This document shows positions 43,807 to 54,766 of a stretch of 64,000 nt of DNA, in pieces. The notes beneath the pieces are model-generated. The model saw only the letters and a program-made list of their open reading frames with translations. It did no database searches and was not told the DNA's origin. The first letter of the stretch is position 1, and the number at the start of each line of letters is the position of its first letter. Position numbers and translations under genes: made by a program. The stretch comes from Methanothermococcus sp. Ax23 (lineage in GTDB: Archaea; AGJL01; Methanococci; Methanococcales; Methanococcaceae), in NCBI RefSeq assembly GCF_049075655.1, contig NZ_CP157522.1, positions 864,001 to 928,000 of the forward strand, written 5' to 3'.

Positions 43807-44154
43807 TTGGATAAATTGATAATTGCAAGAATGCAGAAATTCACTGTTGAAGATTTAATGAGATGTATATTGGGACTTCAAGAGATAGAAATTAGAATAT
43901 ATCTTGAGCTTACGGAGTTAAAAGAAGCTTCCGTATATGATATAGCAAATAAAATTGGCAAAGACAGAACAACTGTTCAAAAGGCACTTAGAAGTTTAAT
44001 AAATTGCGGATTGGTTGAGAGAGAAAAAGTTACGGAAACGGTGGGATACAAATATATATACCGACCTGTTGAGTTCGAAAAAGTTAAGGAACTTATGGAA
44101 CGACTTTTGGATGAATGGTATATTGGTGTGAAAGAGTGGTTAAATAGGAATTAA
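43807..44154 (+). CDS. TrmB-like winged-HTH transcriptional regulator
   Basis: IANKIGKDRTTVQKALRSLINCGLVER..GYKYIY. Confidence 0.82.
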   Translation: MDKLIIARMQKFTVEDLMRCILGLQEIEIRIYLELTELKEASVYDIANKIGKDRTTVQKALRSLINCGLVEREKVTETVGYKYIYRPVEFEKVKELMERLLDEWYIGVKEWLNRN

Positions 44155-44173
44155 TGTATTTTTTGGTGAAACA

Positions 44174-46000
44174 ATGGACATGCTTGATATAGCCATAAAT
44201 GTGGCGGAGAATATTGAAAAAGGGGTGAAACCTCTAATTGGATGGGAAAAATCCGACGAAATTGTAAAAATTGGGGCAGATGGAACACCAACTAAAAGAA
44301 TAGATATGATAGCAGAAAACATAGCCATAAATTCCATTGAAAAATATTGCAGTGCTATATTGATAAGTGAAGAAATAGGTTTTAAAAAGATAGGCAATGG
44401 GATTCCCGAATATGTCATTGTTTTAGACCCTATTGATGGAACATATAATGCTCTAAATGATATTCCGATATATTCGGTTTCAATAGCCATGGGGAGTTTA
44501 AAATCTAAATTGGGAAATCAGAAAAAGCCCATAGATGATGATTCTTATGAGGACATAATTAATAATATGACCATTAATGATTTGGAGGTTGGGGTGGTAA
44601 AGAATATAGCAACAGGGGATATTTATTGTGCAAAAACTAATGAAGGGGCATATATAATGGAAAACCCTCACCGAGAAAAAAGAAAAATAATGGTATCAAA
44701 TACAAAAAATTTGAAAGATGCTTCTGTTGGGGTTTTTGCATATGGCTTAACAACCAATACTCTGGATTTTATAAAAGATAGAATGGTAAAAAGAATAAGG
44801 ATTTTCGGTTCCGCAGCATTGGAAATGTGCTATGTTGCTAGGGGAGCTCTGGATGCATTCATAAATGTAAATAAAACTACAAGATTGTGTGATATTGCAG
44901 GAGGTTATGTGGTGCTTAGAGAATCTGGGGGAATAATTACAGATAATGATGGAAAACCAATAAATATGGGTTTAAATGTCTATGAAAAAACATCCCTAAT
45001 TTGTTCAAATAATGCACTCCATAAAAAATTTGTTGGAATATTTGGGAATAAGTGGATGTTGAAACCGACAAAATTCGGCATTATTTCAAGGATTGACAGG
45101 GAGGATGCTATCAACCTAGTTCTTGAAGTAATTAATTATTTGGATTCAAAAAATATAAAATATGCATTAGAACCTGAAATCTGTAAGATTATTAATAATT
45201 GTAAGAATTTTAATGATAAATGTGTCAAATGTGAATCTATGGATGACTTAAATGATATATCGCATATTATATCAATTGGTGGCGATGGGACGGTATTAAG
45301 AGCTTCGAGAATCATAAATGGGAATGAGATACCGATAATTCCCATAAATATGGGCACAGTTGGTTTTTTAACGGAGTTTAATAAAAACAGAGTATTTGAG
45401 GCCATAGATAAGGTTATAAATGGAAACTATGAAATTGAAAGAAGGACAAAGTGTGCAGGATTAATTAAACATGGGGGTTATTCCGTAAATGCAGATGCAG
45501 ATTCGTCCAATTATGCTAATCCCCAAAATTCCCAAAAAATACTTCCAGACGCTTTAAACGAGGTAGTTGTAGTCACAAAAAGTCCTGCAAAGATGCTTCA
45601 CTTTGAAGTATATGTGAATGGAAACTTTGTAGAGGATGTTAGGGCAGACGGTCTTATTATATCAACTCCAACCGGTTCAACAGCATACTCATTAAGTGCA
45701 GGAGGCCCGATTTTAGAGCCTGCGGTGGATGCCTTTGTAATTGTTCCAATATGCCCATTTAAATTGTTTTCCCGTCCAATAGTTGTTGATGGAAACTCTG
45801 AAATTAAAATAAAAGTATTAAAAAAATCAACCTTGGTTGTTGTGGATGGAAATATTGAAGGTGAGGCTAAAAAAGGCGATGAAATAATTTTAAGAAAATC
45901 TAATTCTTATTCATACTTTGTTAAAGGATATAACTTCTACAATAAATTGAGAAAATTAAGCGTTGTTGGCGAGGGTAATAAAAAAGGCGATAGCGATTAA
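44174..46000 (+). CDS. Bifunctional NADP phosphatase/NAD kinase (MJ0917-like)
   Basis: N-terminal IMPase (SEE, LDPIDGT) fused to NAD kinase (GGDGT, LNE, STPTGSTAYSLSAGG). Confidence 0.93.
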   Translation: MDMLDIAINVAENIEKGVKPLIGWEKSDEIVKIGADGTPTKRIDMIAENIAINSIEKYCSAILISEEIGFKKIGNGIPEYVIVLDPIDGTYNALNDIPIYSVSIAMGSLKSKLGNQKKPIDDDSYEDIINNMTINDLEVGVVKNIATGDIYCAKTNEGAYIMENPHREKRKIMVSNTKNLKDASVGVFAYGLTTNTLDFIKDRMVKRIRIFGSAALEMCYVARGALDAFINVNKTTRLCDIAGGYVVLRESGGIITDNDGKPINMGLNVYEKTSLICSNNALHKKFVGIFGNKWMLKPTKFGIISRIDREDAINLVLEVINYLDSKNIKYALEPEICKIINNCKNFNDKCVKCESMDDLNDISHIISIGGDGTVLRASRIINGNEIPIIPINMGTVGFLTEFNKNRVFEAIDKVINGNYEIERRTKCAGLIKHGGYSVNADADSSNYANPQNSQKILPDALNEVVVVTKSPAKMLHFEVYVNGNFVEDVRADGLIISTPTGSTAYSLSAGGPILEPAVDAFVIVPICPFKLFSRPIVVDGNSEIKIKVLKKSTLVVVDGNIEGEAKKGDEIILRKSNSYSYFVKGYNFYNKLRKLSVVGEGNKKGDSD

Positions 46001-46030
46001 GATTGGAATAAATGCCTATAATATAAAAAA

Positions 46031-46354
46031 CTGACCTACTCCCACGACTAAAGTCGTGGGGTTCTTTAGTAGGGTTTAACCCTACACGGGTGGCCAAGCC
46101 CACTACCCCTATCCCCGTTTAGGAGATTCAGGGCTACCTTTTGAACATCCAACCACTACCAGCGGTAGAGTTTTCACTAACCCTACCCATAGATACTTGT
46201 ACTGGTAGCGTTACTTACTATTAATCGTCTCATATTTATATTTTACTACTTACTAGCCGATATAATGTCCGCCTCTCATCCAATCTCGTAAGAGATTTTA
46301 CAAAACTATGTTTTGTATAACGATTAAAATCGTTGGCTTTCTCGGCGGTTTATC
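46031..46354 (-). mobile_element. Second non-autonomous IS200/IS605 derivative (MITE/PATE-like), inserted 3' of TTTAC
   Basis: Collinear with 5961-6329 in reverse orientation; lacks the 51-bp right-end insert. Confidence 0.9.
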
Positions 46355-46369
46355 GTAAATATATTGATA

Positions 46370-46462
46370 TCGCTTGCGGTAGCAAGCGACCTAAAACCTA
46401 CGGTTTTAAGTTTTCCCCACTTTCGTTCGGAAAAGCAACGAAATGCGAAGCATTTCGTCTAA
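46370..46462. repeat. Nested double-hairpin micro-element directly after the pyrE stop codon
   Basis: TCGCTTGC-GGTA-GCAAGCGA ... GCAACGAAATGC-GAA-GCATTTCGTCTAA matches the inserts at 6245, 29057 and 30095, with an extra 45 bp (46390-46434) between the two hairpins. Confidence 0.85.
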
Positions 46463-47053
46463 TTAATCTTTCAATTCATCAACATTTACAAGAGGAATCA
46501 ATTCAACATCCATATTTTTTAAATTTTCCTTTGCACCTTCCATTCTATCTACTATTACAAATACCTTTTCGACAACTCCTCCGTTTTTTCTAATTTCATC
46601 TACGGCTTTTGCAACACTTCCACCTGTGGTTGTAACGTCTTCCACAACAATTACTTTATCGTTTTCATTCAATGTTCCTTCAATTTTGTTTTTAGTTCCG
46701 TAATCTTTTGCCTTTTTTCTTATAATAATTAAATCTTTTTCTGTTTCAATAGATACTGCTGTGGCTATTGGAACTGAGCCTAATTCAACGCCTGCAATTT
46801 TTAAGTTTTCGTTTAATTCATCGTTTAAATAGGATTTTATCAATTGTGCAGCAGTTTTTAAAACCCTTGGGTTTGTAGTGGCTTTTTTAATATCCACATA
46901 ATAATTGCTTTTTTTTCCAGAAGCCAGAATGAATTCGCCAAATTTTACACATTGGACTTCTTTTAAAAGGGATATTAATTTGTTTTTTAATTGGAGCGAT
47001 AGTGTAGGGTCAGATTTCGTAGGGGTCTCATTCAATTGGTTTTTGCTGTTCAA
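46463..47053 (-). CDS. pyrE: Orotate phosphoribosyltransferase
   Basis: FILASGKKS.YYVD, IRKKAKDYG, VVEDVTTTGGS. Confidence 0.95.
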   Translation of the reverse strand: MNSKNQLNETPTKSDPTLSLQLKNKLISLLKEVQCVKFGEFILASGKKSNYYVDIKKATTNPRVLKTAAQLIKSYLNDELNENLKIAGVELGSVPIATAVSIETEKDLIIIRKKAKDYGTKNKIEGTLNENDKVIVVEDVTTTGGSVAKAVDEIRKNGGVVEKVFVIVDRMEGAKENLKNMDVELIPLVNVDELKD

Positions 47054-47157
47054 TATATCACCACAATCTTGTAAAGTATTTATATAATCATAAGAAATAT
47101 TTTACAAATATATGGTGAAGTATATTCTTAAAATATTATAAATATTTGGGTGATTGA

Positions 47158-48474
47158 ATGAAGATGAAATTCTTGATATTGATAGGTTTTTGTATGGCAA
47201 TATTTTCGAGCTCCGCCATGGGTTTAGACAATAATCCATTAGTCGTAGTGAATAAAGACAGTCCCGATGCACCATATGCTAAACTGATTATGGATGAGCT
47301 CTATCTCCATAAAAAAATTCAAGTTGTTGATGATAAAATAACAATTAATGAGAACATACATTACAACATCCCTGCAAATAATAGCTTTGAAATTGAAAAT
47401 AGTGGGGAGAGGTTGTATGTAGAATTTAAAAGAGATAAGGATACCATTAATGGTATTAAATACCATAAGGTTGAATATATTGAAAAATTAGATGGTAATG
47501 ATGAAATACTTTTTTTAGGTAAATCTTATAAGATACTCAAACATACAAATGATGAAATAGTCCTTACTGATGAAGTTAAAAACATATCTACAAATAATTC
47601 ATTTGAATACAAGAACTATAAGGTTATTTTAAAGGCAGTATCTTTTGATGGCAGTGAATTATTATTGGATATTTTAAAGGACGGCAATCCATTGGAAAAT
47701 AATGTAAAAATAAATAAAGGGGAGTTAGTGGATATTGCGAATTCAGACATATCAATATATTATGAAAATTTGAGCGAGCATGGAAAGGGCCACATTTTTT
47801 CGTTCAAAATATATAATACGGTTAAATTGATAGATAATGAAGATTTTAAATTGAATAATAGTTTTGAAGTTAATATTGACAGTAATGGAATAATTTTGAA
47901 TTATAAAAATCCGGAAAATCTTCAAAAGGCCTTTAATATATTTAATTACAGTATAAAATTAGTAAATACTACTGATGGATTAACTTACTTCGATGTATTT
48001 TATAAGAATAATTACGAAATAAATAAAGAAGATATTGATGAAACAAAATATCTTGGAGATAATATATTTGCGGTTAGAAAAGGCGATAAACTGTATTTGT
48101 ATAAAGATGGAAGGGAATACACTAATATAACAGATTATTTTGTTCCAGACGTTGTTTTAGATAGCAATATCTTGAATACAGACAGCGATTTGATACTAAT
48201 TGGGGGTCCGGTATCCAACAACATAACAAAAAAGATAGAAAATAATCTAGAAATACCTATAACCAACGAAAATCCTGGAAAAAATAGGGGAGTTATTCAG
48301 ATTATAAAAAACCCATACAATCCAGATTATAAGATAATGGTTATTGCAGGTTCCGATAGAAACGGAACAAAAGCCTGTGTTTTAGCATTATTAAATGGCA
48401 TGTATAAAAATGAAGAAACCATGATTGTTGAATTGGAGAATAATGAGAATGTTAAAGTTATAAAAAAGTTATAA
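47158..48474 (+). CDS. S-layer-domain secreted protein
   Basis: Signal peptide; C-terminal LILIGGPVSN...VIAGSDRNGT typical of Methanococcales/Thermococcales S-layer domains. Confidence 0.75.
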   Translation: MKMKFLILIGFCMAIFSSSAMGLDNNPLVVVNKDSPDAPYAKLIMDELYLHKKIQVVDDKITINENIHYNIPANNSFEIENSGERLYVEFKRDKDTINGIKYHKVEYIEKLDGNDEILFLGKSYKILKHTNDEIVLTDEVKNISTNNSFEYKNYKVILKAVSFDGSELLLDILKDGNPLENNVKINKGELVDIANSDISIYYENLSEHGKGHIFSFKIYNTVKLIDNEDFKLNNSFEVNIDSNGIILNYKNPENLQKAFNIFNYSIKLVNTTDGLTYFDVFYKNNYEINKEDIDETKYLGDNIFAVRKGDKLYLYKDGREYTNITDYFVPDVVLDSNILNTDSDLILIGGPVSNNITKKIENNLEIPITNENPGKNRGVIQIIKNPYNPDYKIMVIAGSDRNGTKACVLALLNGMYKNEETMIVELENNENVKVIKKL

Positions 48475-48509
48475 AATAAGATATAATAAAAAATACAAAA
48501 AACGTTAAT

Positions 48510-49163
48510 TTATAAATCAATCGGAGCTCCGATTTCAGGAGTAATTACTTCAACACCAATATCTTTTACTTTTTTTACTAAATCTGAGATATCTTGCTCA
48601 ATTGCCGGGAATGTATTGTAGTGCATAGGAATAAATATTTTTGGCTTTAAATATTCAATTGCTTTTAATGCTTCTTCTGGCCCCATGGTGTATCTTCCAC
48701 CCACTGGAAGTAATGCGATATCTGGACTGTATAGTTCAGCTATAAGTTTCATATCACCAAATAATCCCGTATCTCCTGCATGATATACTCTGTCATTTAT
48801 AATATATCCTGATGCTATTCCACCAGGGGTATTTACATCGATATCTGAGGAATGTTCTGCCTTAACCATTGTTAATTTTGAGTTGTTTAGGGCAATAGTT
48901 CCCCCAATGTTCATACCTTCTGCATTTACTCCTTTATTAGATAGATATACAGATATTTCATGATTTGAAACTACCGGAATATTATATTTTTTTGAGAGCT
49001 CCGCCGCATTTCCCAAGTGGTCAGCATGTCCATGGGTTACTGCTATAACTTCCACATTCTTCATAATCTCATCATAAGGGAGATTACATAATGGATTTGG
49101 AACAAACGGGTCTATTAAAACATTATCAACCTTAAAGCAGGAATGCCCATACCAGACTATCAT
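48510..49163 (-). CDS. UPF0173 MBL-fold metal-dependent hydrolase
   Basis: WYGHS, THGHADH, YHAGDT, PVGGRYTM, PMHY. Confidence 0.88.
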   Translation of the reverse strand: MIVWYGHSCFKVDNVLIDPFVPNPLCNLPYDEIMKNVEVIAVTHGHADHLGNAAELSKKYNIPVVSNHEISVYLSNKGVNAEGMNIGGTIALNNSKLTMVKAEHSSDIDVNTPGGIASGYIINDRVYHAGDTGLFGDMKLIAELYSPDIALLPVGGRYTMGPEEALKAIEYLKPKIFIPMHYNTFPAIEQDISDLVKKVKDIGVEVITPEIGAPIDL

Positions 49164-49227
49164 AATATCACCAAAATAGGTCTTATCATTTTATCAATGT
49201 TATTAATGATATTTAACATTAAGTATT

Positions 49228-50660
49228 GTGAACTACCCCTCCTTACGAGAGGGGCTTCCTGCATCATCCATCTCCCAACGGAGCATGTCAGATCTCAAAA
49301 TTTCCTTACGGAAATTTATACGATTTAACAAATCAAAGATTTGTTAAACAGGCTCACCCCCGTGTTCCACAGGTGCATAATAGTATTACAACCCAATCAG
49401 ATTCTGTTTATTTAAAGCAAACTTTTTAATATTAACCGCCGCATTAACATCCCTATCATGCTCAGTATTGCAGACAGGACACTTCCAAACTCTATTCTTT
49501 AAGTCCAAATTACCATTATAATACCCACAAACAGAGCATATTTTACTGGAAGGTTCAAACCTACCTATTTTTATTATGGTCTTTCCAAACTTCTCAGCTT
49601 TATACATTAGTTTAGATACAAAAGAAGACCATGCTACATCAAGAATTGATTGGGCTAAATTGTGATTCTTAACCATTCCTTTAACATTCAAATCTTCCAA
49701 CGCTATGGCTTGGTTTTCCGTGCAAATCAAAGATTTGCAGGACACAAAAATCTTCGATTTTTGCTGTCGCCAATTAATTTAAAAGAGAGTTTGTGTTGGA
49801 AGTCGTTCCTTTGATTAACAATTTTTTCATGAAGTTTAGCAAGTTTTAGTCTTGCTTTCTCTCGGTTTTTAGAACCTTTTTGTTTTCTTGAAAGTCTTTT
49901 TTGTAATACTTTTAACCTCTGCAAACTCTTTTTGAGATGCTTTGGATTATCTATTTTCTCACCGTTTGATAATATGCAAAAGTGAGTAATACCTAAATCG
50001 ATACCTATTGTGGTTTTTTCATCAAATGGTTGCTTGTTTGGAATTGGTTTTCCATCCTCTACCATAATACTTATGAAGTATTTACCTGTTGGAGTTTTTG
50101 AGATAGTTACTGTTCTCATTTCTCCTTCGAATTTCCTGTGGAGTTTAGCTTTAACCCATCCTATTTTGGGTAGAAATACTTTGTTATTCTCCCAGTCCAC
50201 TTTATAATGTTGCGGAATTTGGAAGGATTGTCTTGGATGTTTTTTAGTTTTGAACTTTGGGAACGATGCTTTTTTTCTGAAAAAGTTGGTAAATGCCCTC
50301 TCCAAGTTCAGAGTTGCCCCCTGTAATGATTGGGAGTTTATTTCTTTTAACCATGGGAATTCTTTTTTTAGTGTTTTGATTGTTTTATTTAATTGGAATC
50401 GTGATATTGCCTTTCCTGTTTGTTCATAAGTTTGGATTTTGAGGTTTAATGCCCAGTTATAGATGAATCTACATGCTCCAATGTGCTTGTGGATTAGTGT
50501 TCTTTGTCCTTTATTGGGGTATAATCTGAACTTGTAAGCTGTTAGCATTTTACCACGATATATTATTTATGCTAAGTTATTTTTATGCCATAGTATTTAT
50601 ATTTTTTTGGTCGGCTATCATCTCCACCCTAACGGATGGAGTCTTCTCGCCGACATTTAG
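49228..50660 (-). mobile_element. Second IS200/IS605-family tnpB-only element, inserted 3' of TTTAT, just downstream of tRNA-Arg
   Basis: Left-end hairpins GTCGGC..CTCCATCC-GTTA-GGGTGGAG..GCCGAC; right-end hairpin CCCCTC..GAGGGG ending GTTCAC; tnpB inside. Confidence 0.85.
49386..50548 (-). pseudogene. tnpB: TnpB interrupted by a 50-bp insertion (49717-49766); 370 aa with D-E-D triad if the insert is removed
   Basis: AYKFRLYP, GIDLG, then LIG|ENQAIALEDL after removing the insert, CSVCG..CPVC, HDRDVNAA. Confidence 0.92.
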
Positions 50661-50728
50661 ATAAAAAATTTAGGACTAATGTGCAAAAAGAGAAACATAT
50701 AATTCCATTTTAAAATGTTAAAACATAA

Positions 50729-50802
50729 CGCCCCTGCCGGGATTTGAACCCGGGTCCGCGAATCCGCAGTTCGCGAGCATATCCTAGCTAACCCACAGGG
50801 GC
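50729..50802 (-). tRNA. tRNA-Arg(GCG)
   Basis: Acceptor GCCCCTG/CAGGGGC, anticodon arm GCGAA-CTGCGGA-TTCGC, T arm CCGGG-TTCAAAT-CCCGG. Confidence 0.93.
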
Positions 50803-50838
50803 ATAAAATATATAAAATTATAAAAAAATTAAAAATAA

Positions 50839-51549
50839 TTATTTTTTGCATAATTCAACAAGTTCTTTTACGAGCTCGCTTTTTATAGTACCGTTGTTCC
50901 TATCTCCTTTTGTGCATGCTGCCCCCCTAACTCCCACAATATCACAGTTTATATCTTTTAATATCGGTATTTCTTCTTTTTTTATGGAGCCCGCCAATGC
51001 ACATTTTAGATTGTAAGAGTGAGATTCTTCAACAAATTCAGCCAGTAGTTTTTCATTCAAATGGTCAAATAATGTTTTACCATCTTTAACCGCAGTATCT
51101 AACATTGCAACATCACAGCCTGCATCCCTTGCAATTTTAGGGATTATGAGAGGTTCAACTGCTCCAACTCTATAAGCATCGGCGTATCCCGCAGCTACAA
51201 CAATTTTATTTTCATCTATGCCTTTAACTGCCTTAACAACTTTTTCCATTAAATCCACAGCTTCACTGTATGACTTTGTTCCATATAGTCCTACTTTTAT
51301 ATAATCTGCACCACTCATGGCAGCTCCAAGTGCAGCAAGTGCAACAGTTCCCGGCTTGTATGGAACATCTCCGATAGCTGCACTAACAAGTAAGTTTTTT
51401 GGAGTAATTTCTCTTGTTTCTTTTATTACCCACGGAAAGTTTGCACCTAATGAACCTTCTGGTGGATTTTTGACATCAATTATATCTGCTCCACCATTGA
51501 TTGCTTCAACAGCTTCGTTAATATCTTTTGGACTAACAAGCAAAATCAT
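50839..51549 (-). CDS. mfnB: (5-formylfuran-3-yl)methyl phosphate synthase (methanofuran biosynthesis, MJ1099-like)
   Basis: [41 protein letters not shown]. Confidence 0.92.
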   Translation of the reverse strand: MILLVSPKDINEAVEAINGGADIIDVKNPPEGSLGANFPWVIKETREITPKNLLVSAAIGDVPYKPGTVALAALGAAMSGADYIKVGLYGTKSYSEAVDLMEKVVKAVKGIDENKIVVAAGYADAYRVGAVEPLIIPKIARDAGCDVAMLDTAVKDGKTLFDHLNEKLLAEFVEESHSYNLKCALAGSIKKEEIPILKDINCDIVGVRGAACTKGDRNNGTIKSELVKELVELCKK

Positions 51550-52139
51550 GAACTCACCATTCTATATTCTATTTGGTTAATTTTAATATTAATATTAAAT
51601 ATTTATTATTTATCATGCTCATAAAAATTATCAATATGGATTATAATTTCAAAGGGTTTTAGTGTATAAATATTTAACGATTTATGATTCACCGGTGATG
51701 AAGAATAAATATATATTTTGAAAAAACCACTAATGTTATATATAAAAAATAAGTATATGTCGATAAGATTTATAAAGTTAAAAGATTATATAGTTGTGTT
51801 TTAGAATATAATTCAAGATGGTATATAAATAAGTCAGCCTTATGGTGAAATATATTATAATAATACAGAAACATTTATTAATTATTTTGAAATGTTAATT
51901 TGTATTTAAACAATAATGCAGTCCATTGGAAATTTAACCTCCATGCTCCATAAATTAATATGCCGTAGGCAATATGTTTAAAGAGTAGTTATTACTTTTA
52001 CTGTATGTTGCACCAATTGTCTGATTGAGTATAAACACGAGAAATAATCTTTCGTTTGTTATGTTGCATATAAAACACATGGTCTTTTTATTTAATCATG
52101 TCATTTAGAAAAACAAAGAAGAAAAATAAGGTGTTTTAA

Positions 52140-53396
52140 ATGGGATTAGCCACTACAATTGGATATATTTCATTATTGCTAATATCCGGTTCAATAATTG
52201 CAAAAATAGGGGAAAAATTAAATATTCCTGATATTCCCTTACTTTTGATATATGGTTTAATTGTAGGTCCTTTTTTGGGGATTATCTCCACAAGTTATGC
52301 TCAGGATATTTTTGGATATGTTGCCAATATAGGATTAATAATTATTTTATTGGGTGGAGCATTTGAAATGAGATGGATTGTATTAAAAAGAGTTTTAAAA
52401 ACTGTTTTAAAATTGGATACTATTGCATTGATTGGTGTATTGGGAATTTCTGGACTCATTTACAATATGATATTTAAAATTCCATATTTCAACCCAATAG
52501 GGTATTTATATGGTGCCATAACATGTGCTACTGACCCTGCAACATTGATGCCAATATTTTCTAAATCAAACATTAATCCAGAGTTGGCAATAACTCTTGA
52601 AGCTGAGAGTGTATTTAATGACCCACTTGGTATTGTGGCTACAACCATAATTTTAGCCATGATGGGTTTGGCTGAAACAGTCAATCCAATACTTAATTTT
52701 TTAAGTCTTGCAGTTGGTGGAATAATCCTTGGACTTATTGGTGGAAAAATATTTGAAAAAGCCATTTTAAGCTGTGATTTTAAAGAATATGTGGCACCTC
52801 TCAGTATTGGTATGGCTATGGCACTGTGGTATTTTGGAGACGAGATATTTCCACACTTTACTGGCTACGAAATAAGTGGATTCATGGCAGTAGCGATAAT
52901 GGGACTTTATCTTGGAAACACTCTCACAAAATACCCTAAAAAATCTAAAAATGTGGAAAACATAGTAGGATTTTGTGAGGATTTATCTACTGTGACAAGA
53001 ATATTAATTTTTGTATTTTTAGGGGCAAGTATTAGTTTTTCTATTCTTACAAATTACTGGTTCGTCGGACTGATGTGTGCAATAGGTTCAATATTTGTTG
53101 CGAGACCAATAGGCGTATTTATTGCAACTTCGCTACCTCCTGCCAGTCCATTAAAGGAGAGATTGTATTTTGCATTGGAGGGTCCCAGAGGAGTGGTTCC
53201 AGCTGCATTATCTGCAACAGTATATGCTGCAATAATGGAAAACCCGCATCTAATTCCACAGGAAATCGTGAAATATATGCCGGCACAGGAGATTGCAGGT
53301 TCCATACTTGTGGCAACATTCATGACAATATTATTGAGCGTTGTTACGGAGGCTTCATGGGCAGATATATTGGCTAAAAAACTTTTCAAAGAATAA
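52140..53396 (+). CDS. NhaP-type (CPA1) Na+/H+ antiporter
   Basis: ATDPAT, LEAESVFNDP, GPRGVVPAAL. Confidence 0.9.
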   Translation: MGLATTIGYISLLLISGSIIAKIGEKLNIPDIPLLLIYGLIVGPFLGIISTSYAQDIFGYVANIGLIIILLGGAFEMRWIVLKRVLKTVLKLDTIALIGVLGISGLIYNMIFKIPYFNPIGYLYGAITCATDPATLMPIFSKSNINPELAITLEAESVFNDPLGIVATTIILAMMGLAETVNPILNFLSLAVGGIILGLIGGKIFEKAILSCDFKEYVAPLSIGMAMALWYFGDEIFPHFTGYEISGFMAVAIMGLYLGNTLTKYPKKSKNVENIVGFCEDLSTVTRILIFVFLGASISFSILTNYWFVGLMCAIGSIFVARPIGVFIATSLPPASPLKERLYFALEGPRGVVPAALSATVYAAIMENPHLIPQEIVKYMPAQEIAGSILVATFMTILLSVVTEASWADILAKKLFKE

Positions 53397-53439
53397 TTTT
53401 ACATATTTTTTTCGTTTTAATTAATATATTGGTGATTGG

Positions 53440-54744
53440 ATGAAACAATTGGATACTATCGGCACTAAACAGAAAAAAATCAATAAAATTTGTGTGATTG
53501 GATTGGGATATATCGGACTACCGACAGCTTCAATGCTTGCAAATCATGGTTATAGTGTTGTAGGAGTGGATATTGATAAAAAAAGAGTGGAAGCTATAAA
53601 AAATGAAGAATTAATAATTGACGAGCAGGGTTTGATGACACTTGTGAAGGGCGCCATAAATTCCGGGAATTTAAAAGTTAAGGTAGAACCCGAAGAAGCA
53701 GATGCATTTATAATCTGCGTTCCAACGCCTCTAAAAAAAGAGGGTGGAGCTCCAAAATGTGATTTAACCTATGTTTTAAGTGCTGTTGAGAACATAAAAC
53801 CCCATTTAAAAGATGGAAATCTTGTATTAATAGAGAGCACAATCCCACCAAAAACAACTGAAATGATTTATAATTTAATTGATAAAGATATATATATGGC
53901 ATACTGTCCAGAAAGGGTGTTACCTGGGAAGATATTAAAGGAACTCGTGGAAAATGATAGAATAATAGGTGGCATAAATGAGGAATCCGCGGAGCTCGCA
54001 AAGGAAATATACGAATCTTTTGTAGATGGGAATATATACTTAACAAATTCAACCACCGCAGAAATGGTAAAATTAATGGAAAACACATATAGGGATGTAA
54101 ATATAGCACTTGCAAACGAATTTGCGAAGGTATGTAATGAAATGGATGTTAATGTTTGGGATGCCATAAATCTTGCAAATAAGCACCCGAGAGTAAATAT
54201 ATTGAATCCTGGACCTGGGGTCGGAGGACACTGTATAAGTATAGACCCATGGTTTATAGTGGAAAAATCTAAAAATGCTGACCTTATAAAAAGGGCAAGG
54301 GAATTAAACGATAATATGCCAAAATATGTTTGCAATTTAATCGTGGAAGAATTTAAAAAATTAAATATTGATAATCCAAAAGTTAGTATATTTGGAGTAA
54401 CCTATAAGGGAAATGTGGATGATACAAGAGAAAGCCCTGCAAAAAAGGTAATAGAATGTCTTTTATCAAATAATTTTGAAGTTTCAATATATGACCCCCA
54501 TGCTAAGATTTTTGAATATCCTTTGAATAAATTGGAGGATTGCATCAGTAATTCAGACTGCATTATAGTATTAACAGACCATGATGAGTTTAAGAATTTT
54601 GAAAAGGACGATATATCTGAAATATCCAAATTAATGAGAAACAAAATTGTAATAGATACTAGAAATGTTTTAAATCATAATATTTGGAAAGAGTCAGGAT
54701 TTGAGGTTAAGTTGTTGGGTGATGGAACAACATGGAGTGTTTAA
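53440..54744 (+). CDS. wecC: UDP-N-acetyl-D-mannosamine dehydrogenase
   Basis: [37 protein letters not shown]. Confidence 0.9.
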   Translation: MKQLDTIGTKQKKINKICVIGLGYIGLPTASMLANHGYSVVGVDIDKKRVEAIKNEELIIDEQGLMTLVKGAINSGNLKVKVEPEEADAFIICVPTPLKKEGGAPKCDLTYVLSAVENIKPHLKDGNLVLIESTIPPKTTEMIYNLIDKDIYMAYCPERVLPGKILKELVENDRIIGGINEESAELAKEIYESFVDGNIYLTNSTTAEMVKLMENTYRDVNIALANEFAKVCNEMDVNVWDAINLANKHPRVNILNPGPGVGGHCISIDPWFIVEKSKNADLIKRARELNDNMPKYVCNLIVEEFKKLNIDNPKVSIFGVTYKGNVDDTRESPAKKVIECLLSNNFEVSIYDPHAKIFEYPLNKLEDCISNSDCIIVLTDHDEFKNFEKDDISEISKLMRNKIVIDTRNVLNHNIWKESGFEVKLLGDGTTWSV

Positions 54745-54766
54745 ATAATTAATTTTGGGTGCTTAT

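Noticed and set aside
49727-49729. Selenocysteine readthrough of the TGA in tnpB
   Set aside because: The TGA lies inside the 50-bp insert and the downstream half is in a different frame.
49717-49766. Archaeal bulge-helix-bulge intron explanation for the tnpB inserts
   Set aside because: I could not build a 3-4-3 BHB at the junctions of either insert, and sibling units occur in non-coding DNA.
49228-50802. tRNA-Arg-integrated genomic island
   Set aside because: No duplicated tRNA 3' end or integrase; the neighbour is an IS200/IS605 element with its own ends.
51550-52139. Riboswitch (fluoride/Na+) or C/D-box sRNA upstream of the NhaP antiporter (GGTGATGA at 51694)
   Set aside because: No complementary P1 strand or suitably spaced CTGA box; only a small TGCC-GTA-GGCA hairpin at 51961.
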